Position numbers and translations under genes: made by a program
Notes under the pieces: model-generated
Seen by the model: only the letters and a program-made list of their open reading frames with translations
The model's database searches: none
Told to the model about the DNA's origin: nothing
DNA from: Paramecium tetraurelia
Lineage: Eukaryota
Direction: 5' to 3'
Length of the DNA: 53,387 bases
NCBI GenBank assembly: GCA_000165425.1
Contig: CT868563.1
Span: forward strand, 372,001-425,387
Part shown: positions 1 through 12,255 of the stretch, in pieces
Position numbering within the stretch: the stretch's first letter is position 1
How the letters are laid out: each line of letters starts with the position of its first letter

Positions 1-29
1 TATTTAATATTAATATCATAAAAACAAAT

Positions 30-924
30 TCAATATTGCTTAGATAATAATTATTACTAAAGAGCATAGTGTTTAATATTTAATTGATTATCTCTCTCCT
101 GCAATTTATTTTAGTAATGGCCTCTAAGATCATCAGGCACGATGTCTTCCACTCCTTTACGATTCTCACCTTTAAAATATAATTCGCATCCAATACCTGT
201 TAATAGATTGTAACCACAATTAGCTCTATTATCTAAGTTTTATGCTCTTACTAGCTATCTAACCTAAGTCATCTCATCTTGTCGTTTTAAGGCTTATCCC
301 TACTCATTTTAAGCATACTCTAATGTCAAAGGGTTGTATGCTAATCCATTTAAATTTCTTTTGCCTTATGTAAATTACTCCTAATGGTATTGTCTTTTTA
401 AATCATCCTGCTATTACTGATAATATATACTTTTTATTGATAAAGCTCATTTCTCTACCAAATCATGCCTTCTCTCTCTAAATTAGCCAATCTTCGCGAT
501 TCATATTATAACTGTTTTTATTTATTTTAATATTCCCTTTGCAATTTGTCGTGAGTAGCAAAATCCTTTAAAAATCGTTCTTATTCTACAAGATGAACTT
601 GAAAATTACCCTATTAAAATAATGTAGTATTTGGAGCTGGACTATGTAATAGTGCTTTCATGTCTTCTTTTTATGGTGTGTCAAATTCTTCAAACTTTAA
701 ATAAGAGTTTACATCTTGATTGCATTATAGCTTATTATGAATTGACTTCCTTTAAATAGTCCTAAATCATTAACAACATCAATTACTCTTTCTGCCCTAG
801 TTCTTGGTTATTGGTTATGATAGGCTTGCTGATTCTGAGGTTTGAATATTCCAGCCCCATAACTCTAAGAAGTAGGTTAGTAAATATCTCTAGGGTTGTA
901 ATCCTATTGTTAAGAGAAGAGCAT
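30..924 (-). CDS. Hypothetical Q-rich protein (intron structure not fully resolved)
   Basis: Code-6 translation MLFSQQQDYNPRDIYQPTSQSYGAGIFKPQ... from ATG at 924. The C-terminus ...VPDDLRGHYQNKLQERDNQLNIKHYALQQQLLSKQY ends at TGA (30-32). At least one small intron is needed to join the frames. Confidence 0.55.
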
Positions 925-1555
925 AAGTTATTAAAATTAATATATAAAGTATTCATTTTTAATTAATCATCACAAAAATAAATTGTAAATATAAAATATT
1001 ATCATTTCATATTAGGTTGATATGAAAAGGGTCTAACTATTTTATTACTATGGGTTAACATAGAGTGAACTATTTGTTTTTCTTAATTGAGTATGTTTCT
1101 TCTAATATTTGATGTTAATTTATTACTAATAAGTTCTATTATTTATGATTTATGAAGGATCATTCTTTATCAAATTAGGATCCATGTATGAGTAATAAAC
1201 ATAATACTCATTCTAAGATAGAGGTAAACTAAAATATTTCACACATAGTCTTATTATATAATTAAAGTTGCATCAAATAAGTATACTTTGTTGAGTATTA
1301 ATCTTATCTTGAATATCACCTATTAATATAAATTGCCTCATTTATCATTTAGAAATCCAATTCAAATAAGTCTAAAAATTGGCTAATTGAGGCTTCCAAT
1401 CAATTTCTTAATTTCATTGTCTCATAATTTCGACTATGATTTGCTTCTAGATTGAAGTATTAAATAGAGAAGTGATTTAGCCAATACAATATTTATAATA
1501 TTAATAAGTGCCATTAAAATTTGAATAAAAAATAATAAACCCTCGAAATTTAACC

Positions 1556-2390
1556 TCAAATTTTAATCAATGTATTTATATAAGCATATCTCGAAAACAC
1601 AACAAACAGCTTTCTATACCATACAAATTACGAATGGTGAATTTACATTGACCTCCATGCCTTTAAGATATTTAGATTCACCATGAGATTATCATTAAGG
1701 ATAGAAGAGACGAAGAAGTCTAAAATTGAACTATATTTTCTTAATATATTTGTTGTCTCCAACGCAAACACCTTTAACCCTTCTGGTCTTTTCATACTAG
1801 ATATTGCTTTATAACATGCGATATGATTTAAATGCCCTGAAATACCTTTGTTATCAAAAGTTATCACTCCCTTAATATTATTTTCTGCAATATATCTAAA
1901 TTATAAGCCATCTATTCTTACTCTTCTACTATTTTTTATATTTTTTCTATTGGCCACATAACACTCATTGAGTCTTATAATTGTTCATCATTTATTATGG
2001 TTACCTACAAATCAATATTTAATAGATACTTTATTTATGCTTAGGTATTTACAACACTTTTCTAATTCTGCTTCTCTTATTTTCCCAATTTTATTAGCAT
2101 TTCCATTCGATAAACATATTAAATGAGCTTCGTAATTGTTATCATTTAAATAAGTAATTGTAGGTAAAAAAAACATGGCTTCATCATCAGGATGAGCAGT
2201 GACTAATAAAACTGGTTTTTTTTCCTTATCTAATTACTATTACCATTACTTCTTTTTCATTTTACTATCTCCTTGATTTAATATATAGAAGTATAAAAAT
2301 TGTAATGAAGTTCGATATTATTAATCCATATTTTAAAATAAACAGCAAATCATCATCAACTATCTCTTCAATTATATCAAAAAGTTCCAT
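1556..2390 (-). CDS. PIGL: N-acetylglucosaminyl-phosphatidylinositol de-N-acetylase (PIG-L/GPI12 family)
   Basis: N-terminal hydrophobic anchor, then motifs VLLVTAHPDDEAMFF, CLSNGN...GKIREAEL, ITFDNKGISGHLNHIAC and HHSQFVWYRKLFVVFSRY, typical of PIG-L. Short introns; TGA at 1556-1558. Confidence 0.93.
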
Positions 2391-2547
2391 AAAGTTAAAA
2401 ATTATTAAAATTAAAATAAGAAGAAAATATGCTTATTCACATACATCAGATAATATAAAAAGAAAATATGTCAATCTCTAATACTAGTTTTTTGTTAAAA
2501 TTAAGAATATTTATTGTAACAAATATATATATTATTGATGTATAAAC

Positions 2548-3220
2548 TCATTTTGTTTATTTATTTGTGTCATTTAGATTCTCAAGCATGCTTTTTATAT
2601 TGTGTTAGCTTTTATCTAAGGTTATCTTGCTTGCGATATAGTCCTTTTTTAATTCTTTAATAAGTTCTATGGATTGTTCATTAAAATCAATAATCCTTGG
2701 ATTTTTTGATAAATCAGTATATTCCTCTGAGAATTATACTTTGTTTTCATGCTAAAATGATTGATATTAATAATACTTCTTCTAGACGATTAAATACTAT
2801 AGATGCTCTATCTCTTAATTCTTCAATATCTTAAATTAGACCCAATTCTTTAGCTGAATTTTTGTTAAGTTTTCTTTTAGAAATTGCATATTTTTCTAAC
2901 AATTTATGAGCTTTAATTAATTCTTGGATGATGAGTTAATTTTTGTCTCTAATTTATTTTAATTACCCTCCCATTGATTATTCTAACTATTCAAAGATAT
3001 ATTAAAGTAATTACTTAAACAACATAGCCTTGAAACTCTCCAACATTTTAAACTTGGTTTGGTTTAGATTTATCTTAACCGGTTTTTTAAAATATGGCTT
3101 AAGTAAGGTGTGTTTTGTTTTATTCTAATTTACCTTTGAGTGCTTCCAATTCAGCAGATGTAGTGTTTTAATGTTATTTTAAAGTTTCATTGATCTGTTG
3201 CATCTAAAACACTTCTCCAT
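2548..3220 (-). CDS. Hypothetical coiled-coil protein
   Basis: ATG at 3220 (MEKCFRCNRSMKLQNN...), small GT..AG introns, helical charged sequence, TGA at 2548-2550. Confidence 0.55.
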
Positions 3221-4102
3221 AAATGAATTATAAGTTATTCTAAGTTGTATTCTGGGGTTGAAGTGTTTGTTATTAAAAACTCAACATTAAATAATATTAA
3301 TAATAATTCAAATATTTAATTTTTGTAATGCTTTATTTATTATACTTCATGATCTATATCTCCTTTGAAAAGATAACATTACTCTTATTCCTAGGGGGTA
3401 GTTGATGAATCACCTATAACACTTTTGTGATTAAATTAAGTTTCAATTTTATAGATTTTTAAACCTTCATCTTTTTGGACTTATATTTGCGTGTTAATAT
3501 TTCAAGTTTTTCTTCTCCTTGCAATTTATCATCTAAGCAAATTGACCAACCGATTACTTTCCTTCGCATTGATAAATCTTATTATTCTAAATTATTCTGT
3601 TTTTCAATGTATTCAAAGCGCTTAGATTACTTAAGTCACTAGATTGAACATGCTTAAAATTGGGTGGAAGCCTTTCTAAAACATTAACAATAATTTAACA
3701 TTTAAGGTATATATTTCCAAGGCCATTAATAAGAATATTAATTCTTATTATTAATATAGTTTGATCAAGCATAATTATTATTTTAGAGGATTTATTTTTT
3801 TTCTATTTCATCGCTAAGCAATCATGTAATAGAATAATTAAATCCCTATATTAAGTGATCTTTTCAATTCATTATTTTCTTTAATTCAATCATCATGTAT
3901 GAAATTAATCATAATCTTCTTATCCAATATATTTGATCAAAATTTCCAAATATTTTAAAAAATTCCATATTTACCTTTATATTACATAATTTGCTAAACA
4001 AAAATAGAATTGAAGGGTAGCCTAATATTATTTCCATTTTATCAAAAAGAAAATTAATATCAAATTTTATTATTATTTACTAAAGATATTTTATATTATA
4101 TA

Positions 4103-5283
4103 TCACAATAGCATAATGAATTCATATGCAATTAATGGCTACTTATATTCTGGTTTTTTCATTAATATTGCAATTTTATCTTTTGATTTCAAAACAATAG
4201 TTTTGTTGTTTACAATCCTTGTCCAAGTACCAAGAATAATCTAATAAATTGATTTGATTGTTACCTCATCATTATTTTTGGTCTATTCCTCATCCCTATA
4301 AATAAATATCCCATTTGGGCTTTTATTTTATAACTTAAAAATGTATTCATAATTATTATTTTCATCCCCAGGCTTTGCTTCTTCTTATTGTTAGGAATTA
4401 TCAATGCAGGTGTAAAATATTCTAAAATAAGACTGATATATACTCTTGTTATTATGGTTAATGTTATTCTGTTGGTTTATCAATTTTAATTTTTTTTTAT
4501 GGTACTTCGAAATTATCGCTATCAAATTTTTATTTTTATTTTCTAATGCATGTTATAGTTGCATGATCTCTAGAAATAGTTTACACCTGCTAAACTTCCA
4601 TCTACAATTTTCTATAATATTCTCTGCCAAATTTAAACACTTCCAACTCATTACTTTCATTATTCGTAAATTGTAACTCAATTACTTCTATTGTATTTAT
4701 GATATTCATTCTAAACTATTGTTTAATGTGGTCCTCTGCAATCAACTTTAATTAGATCTTTCCTTGGGATTGATTACCTAATTTTTATTTTTCTTCATAC
4801 TTTGAACTATCTGATCATCATCAATCTACGTTTCTTCTACATGGGTTGTAACATTCTTTTATTTCTCAACTGTACTCGTCTAAGCAAGAGCCAAACTTGT
4901 TATTAAATGATTGTTCAATTGCTGACTAAGTCGATCCAAAGCCTATGATTTATCTTTGATATCATTGTAAACACTCCCAAAAGGCAATTTGGATAGAATT
5001 GTATTAATACTATATTTTATATTAAATTAATACTATGAGTTGCGTTCTGGTAATTTGGAGAGTAATTGAGAAGACTCTGTCAATTCCTTTTTAATCTAGC
5101 CTTGCAATTGGACATTGATTCTACAATATACGCAAACCATTACTGGAAATCCTTCTATTCTAATTTCTATAATTATTCTTAAAGAGATGACAATTTAAGT
5201 CTAAAGAATTTGACCTCTTCACCATTTTCTTCGTGTGCTTTAGCCAAATCAACAGCTGTCTACACCAACCCAAAGAGATCCAT
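4103..5283 (-). CDS. 354-aa protein: N-terminal helical (MLKL/RPW8/MCAfunc-like) region plus C-terminal FHA domain
   Basis: Five introns (23, 24, 23, 22, 24 nt) give 1065 nt = 355 codons. FHA signature motifs FKFGR...ISRDHATI...LQNKSPNGIFI...VLKSKDKIAI. N-terminus MDLFGLVQTAVDLAKAHEENGEEVKFFRLKLSSLQEQLQKL. Confidence 0.75.
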
Positions 5284-5961
5284 TTTCTGATTAATTAATT
5301 ATATTTTAAATTCTCACTAAGAGTATTAGCTTATTGTGAAAGTGGTTCAATTTAATAATAATTCTTATTTTTCTTTTTTAAGTATTTTATCAGAATTATG
5401 ACATTTTCCATCACCTTCTAATGTTTTCAATGATGTTAATCCTCCGAATTCATAATCAATCTAAAAACCTTTAAATCAATCACCATTCAAAAGAAATATC
5501 AAAAAAAGTTTATGTTAGACATAAATTTGAAGATAAATTCTGCTTCTTATTAAAATCAATTCAATTTTTGGAATGCAGGTTCAATAATATTAGAATATTA
5601 ATAACAATATCCTAATTTTATAGACCCCCCTGAGTCTAAATTTTAGTTAAAATTATCTAAAAGAAATCTAGAATTCATAACTCATTGAATTAAGTCGGAA
5701 ATTATAAAAAAAAGAAAGTATTTTAAGGTTTTAAAGTCAGATTAAAAATATAAATATTCATAAAATGAATTAGGTACAAGAGGGTCTCTAATTTGATTGA
5801 TACGATTATTTACTCAAGTCTTAAAACAACAAGTATCTTTAGTGTTTTTCAAATAATTATATATGAAAATTTGTATTACAGAATATTAAGTTGTTTAAGA
5901 ATTTATAAGATTATTGATCAGGATTATTGTATTGAAATATTAATTATTTATAATAAAATAA

Positions 5962-6808
5962 ATGGATTAATAGCAATTTGACTCTGAATTGCAAACTTAT
6001 TTTCTACATATTAAACATGAAATCAAATAGGAACATATAGAATATTTGAAAAAGCATCCAGAGTTAAATTAAATATTAAATGACTTCACAAGTTAGATAA
6101 TATTAGAAAAAGTAACTCTTCCATTTTATTTCAGCCAGATAATGTTTATCAATATGCTAAAGAATATTTCAGTTTCTTCAATTAAGAAAAAGATCTGAAG
6201 ACTTGTAAGCCATTACTATTTTCAGGAGCAAGTGGAGTTGGAAAAGTAATTAAGTTATAAATTTTACTTAATAGGGAACCTTATTATAGATGCTATTTAA
6301 ATAATATCCACAATAATTTGTGTTTAGTGTGAGTTACACAACAAGAGCACCAAGACCAGGTGAAGTTCATGGATAACACTATTATTTTGTTAGCAAAGAA
6401 GAATTTTAGAAAGAAATCGAAAAGAAGGCTTTTTTGGAATATTGTGAAGTTCATGGTAATTATTATGGAACTCATTTGGCTCAAGTCTAAAAAGTTATGA
6501 AGCAAGGATAAGTTTGTGTTATTGAAATTGATGTCTAAGGAGCTGAAAAGATTAGTAAATCAATGCCTAATCAATGTAATTATATTTTCATTAATGCTCC
6601 CTCCAATGAAGAATTGAGAAAGAGATTGACTGGAAGGGGAACAGAAACAGAAGAAGTAATTGAAAAAAGAATGAAAAATGCTGAAAAAGAGATAGAGAAA
6701 GCTCATTCATTAGGATTCTATAATGAAATATTAAATGATGATGTACAAAAAGCATTTAAGAAACTCATTGACCTTCTCAAAACATTTTATGCCGATTTAA
6801 AATTATGA
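5962..6808 (+). CDS. Guanylate kinase with N-terminal RIIa/Dpy-30-like dimerisation/docking domain
   Basis: Introns of 23 and 29 nt give 265 codons. P-loop SGASGVGKGT, SVSYTTRAPRPGEVHGQHYYF, EVHGNYYGT and IEIDVQGA are guanylate kinase motifs. N-terminal segment EYLKKHPELNQILNDFTSQIILEKPDNVYQYAKEYF. Confidence 0.92.
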
Positions 6809-7411
6809 TATGAAATATAGAATATTCAAAAAATATACAAAACAAAATGTTTATATTCTTTTATTTCTATTAAATTTTTATCTTTACATTAATATGTTTT
6901 TGGAAGGCTCATTTCTTTTCGAAGATAAATAAAGTAAATACTTGACATATATTATATAAAATATATTATTAAAAGAATATAATTTTGGTAACCAAATTGA
7001 TATTTCCAAAGAAACAATAATAAATTAATACTAACTTAAACTATCTATTAAATTTAATAACAAACAACTAAATTTCACACATTTTTGATATCCAACTCTT
7101 CTATTTCATGAATATTTTAGCAACTTTTAGTTGAAATGTTTAGAACCTTATAATATCTTTCTAAAATTGAAATGAATCCACTAACATTTGTTTCATAAAT
7201 TTGAAGTTGGAATATTTTCATTAATGTATTGATTTATAATTAAACTAAATGCAACTTATTCACAAAGTAGATGAACAAACACAAATAGATTAAAATAAAC
7301 TTTTATTAAAGACTGATTAAGGAATTTAAGAATAATGACTAAAAGCAAATATTAAGAATCTTGATTATTTTCTGAAACTTGGATGTTTATTTTGTTGATA
7401 TTTAATTTAAC

Positions 7412-8447
7412 TCAAAACACACGGTTATTAAGTTCTCTTTTAAGATTATAAGGGAAACAGGAGATACTTGGAGTAGGTCTCACTATATCCATAAGGTGAT
7501 TAGGTCTTAATTTATTTTTTGACATTACTTAAATGGTTCTTTACCTTTCACGAAATCTCTTCTTTATGTTGGTTTAAGAGGATCACCTTTATACTCTGGA
7601 TACTTGCCTAAACAGCCAGTTTCTCCGCTTTTAGTAGGGTTAGATGGTTTGAATGGAGCTTCGTGCTTCATAATAATGGGTTGAAATTCCTTGACTTAAG
7701 TTGGCTATTGGAATTGTTAATAAAAGAACACTTACTTTGGGAAGGTTTGTTTCTCCATAAACCTACTTATCAGAGCTAAAATTATCAGTAGTAACAATTG
7801 TGCTTTTAAAGGGTTACTTATCTTTTAATAGTTTCTATTCATTAAATATTCTCTCTCTCTCAAATTATTGATATCTATTGTATTCATCCTTCTCATGCTT
7901 TGGAAATTGATCTAAGGCCTTGCTTGAAGGATTAGTTGTTATGTTTTTTGGTCCGATGTGTACCCTGTTATCAGGTCCCTTATGATTGTTTGGTCCTTTT
8001 GGTATTTCATAATCAGCCATATGACGATATGAGCTACCTATCACCTCTTTATATCCTGAAGGAGGGATGAAATTCTTTTTGTCGTCTGAAGAATATTTCC
8101 TTTTTTCTTCTAACTCTTGAATTCTGATCCTTCTTTCTGGATCTAGATATTTATCACCTATCGTTGTGAACCCTAGCAGACTAAAATATGACGACTTTAT
8201 TTTCCCCTGTTTAGGAGCAGTTATTTTAATGTTTGAGGGAGAAGTAATCGGTTTCCCTTAATCATTTCTGGGGGCTATTTATATAATGTAATGTAAAACG
8301 TCTTGGTTTGTTATCATAACTATTATCACCCATCCCAAGTGGAACAGGGGAAGAAAACAATCCAAATCTTTATATTGAGGCTAATTTCTCAGTTTCTGCC
8401 AAGGCTTTTTTACCTAATTCTCTTAAAGTAGCTTCTTTGTCAGCCAT
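7412..8447 (-). CDS. CFAP96/C4orf47 (DUF4586)-like cilia/centrosome protein
   Basis: RFGLFS...GD.Y, SYFSLLGFTTIGDKYLDP, KNFIPPSG, PKNITTNPS and repeated PFKP motifs resemble the C4orf47/DUF4586 family. TGA at 7412-7414. Confidence 0.7.
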
Positions 8448-9184
8448 AATAATTTTTATTCTTATAAATATTTTGATTAACTAGTATTGGATTAAATGAG
8501 ACCGATTTAATATAAAGCGTTAGTGTTATTAAGAAATGATGTTTAAGAAACATTTATTGATGGTTACTAAAATTGTATAGCATCTTTGAATATATACTTA
8601 TTTATTTAATTGATATCATATGTATACTAAACATATGAGAGAGATATCTTATTTAAATATTTACTTTATCCCTCTTAGCTTTAGAATATGATATAAATAA
8701 TTTGAAGTTATCTTTGATTATAAAAATAACTAATATATGAATATTTATCTATGATATTATGTATACCTCTAATAAGATCGCATATAAAATCATATTACAA
8801 TTGTTCTAATGCAAAGTTTATGTCTTTATAAATTGATTTTTACATATTTACAAAATGTTAAAGAATTAATTTATTACCTAAAATTTTAAAAAGAATTTTG
8901 TAAAATAAATCCTAGCAAATTAATGATAAAATGATTTGAAATACAAAATAATTGAGATTGATCTCCGAAACAATCATTACAAACAGATATAAGAGTACAT
9001 CTTTAAGGTTTTATATAATTAAATTAACTCTTCCTAGTGTAATTATTTTTTGTTAGATAAGAAAAGTATAAGCTAATATGTTTTAGTATGATTAAATTAA
9101 TAAATAAGAAGCAGATGTATAAGAAAACAATTATATTGATGCTCTAATAATTTCTCATAGAGGTTTTTTATAATTTCAATAATA

Positions 9185-9517
9185 TCACTTAGGATTTCTT
9201 AAGATGTAAATCACGGAATCCCCTCTTAAAAACATCTTTGGAATAAATCTTTCTTTGTTTGTAGCATGAGCTTTCTTTCCCTTGTTTCCCTTGGGGATTT
9301 CTGTCCACATTTCAGTCACATTTTCAAGGATCTTTATTAATAATTAATATACCATATTCATATGTCGATCGAATGCTTTAACTCTTCCTAATAGTTTTCT
9401 ATTATTTCTAAGCTCTATTAGCACTTGTGTATTGTGACTCACTGTAATTGTCAACAAACCAAAAGGTCCTTTTTCCAATGTTTCCTCTTATGCAGTTCGC
9501 TTCTACGTTTCAGCCAT
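9185..9517 (-). CDS. SNRPD2: Small nuclear ribonucleoprotein Sm D2
   Basis: GPFGLL...[42 protein letters not shown]...[24 protein letters not shown]. One 21-nt intron. Confidence 0.97.
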
Positions 9518-9704
9518 TTAAAATTAAATTAATTATAATAACAAAATTGGTTCATTCTGTATTAATAGATTATAGATTCACATCTATATTTACCATATGG
9601 AAACTTGAAAATCTGTTGATCTAAAGGCTATACTTCAATCCTAGGTCTTTGGAACACTCAGTTGACTTTTATGAATAATTATCCATTCATATATTTAATA
9701 ATTA

Positions 9705-10961
<1,257 letters not shown>

Positions 10962-12255
10962 TTTTCAATTTTTATTAATTATACAACTAAAGAATAAATT
11001 TACCAAAAATTTATTAAGAATTATGCCATTCCTTCTATTAAAGCAACGGGATTTCTAAATTTCATTTACTTTCTTATCATTTGAAAAGTTTAATTCTAAA
11101 TGATTTTCTACATATTCTAGAAGGTTCGAAAATTCTTCTAGATTCTTATGCTTTTGTATTTATTTCATCAGAATTTGAATTGTTTATAGATACATTATGA
11201 TTGCAGTGAAAAATGAAGATATAAATTATTCTGACAAATTATTAAATTTAAGTTTAAAGCATATTAAATTTATGCTATGAACTGTTGTGATGTACTTTAT
11301 TCTTTTTTCTGTGTCAACTACTCATTACTTACACTTAGTCCTTTAAATTCTATATTTTAGAGAACTTATATCAATTATTAGAATATTATTTATCCTATGT
11401 ATTGATATTTTCTGTTTAGCATTCTAAATAAGTGAAATGAGTAATTTTCTATTTTTATGTTTATGTGATTCTTTTTCTCTATTTTGAATCTTACCCTATC
11501 AGAATTTAAGTTAAAAACTAACTCATTTTGAGAATTTGAATAATAAGTATAAGCATTAGATTATTATGAAATGCAAATAATATGGAGCATAACTATACAA
11601 TAGGAATAATGTCATATAAAATATTAATTGAAGATTTAAAATTATTATACATGAGAATATGATTTGTACAAATTTTAGTGATCCATATGTTTGAACAGGA
11701 ATAAAATAATTATATCAAATGAATAAAAGATGAGGAAAATACAGAATTAGATTGTTGCAAGATCAAATAAATAAAATTTGAATGTTTTTTTTTATCAGAT
11801 CAAAACGGAATATTAATTCATTTAATTTTTGACAATCTATAGATAGTATAGATAAATCGATCTAAATATTTATTCTATTATTGAGCAGTTTTTAAATTTA
11901 TATAAAGATAATAAATATAATTAATTAATAAGTGATACATTGAATGAGGATTTCAAATAGCATTATTATTTCATCTTTTGCACTATATATATAATGCTAA
12001 AGTGTTGTATTAAATGTAGATAAATGGAATTCTTAATACCCTTTAGGCGATTTCAATTTGTTAAAAGTAATATGATGTTAAAATTAACGAATACCGATAT
12101 TTAATTATTTAAGTAATGCTGATAGATCTGAAATTCTAACTGCTCAGATTCTATGACAGTCATGGAATTCTTAGAAAAATGAAGACCATAATAATATTGA
12201 AATTGATGTATAAATAAATAATATATAAAATTTAAATTTATCATTTTAACAATCA

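Noticed and set aside
1000..1510. Possible small gene between the first hypothetical gene and PIG-L
   Set aside because: Only partial open frames, with no consistent start, intron and stop model.
5350..5640. Minus-strand fragment IDYEFGGL resembling a choline/ethanolamine kinase motif
   Set aside because: A single short motif surrounded by stops; not enough to assign a family.
11945..12215. Short signal-peptide-like ORF (MRISNSIIISSFALYIQCQ...) upstream of the kinesin
   Set aside because: It hits TGA after about 43 codons and I found no convincing intron that extends it.
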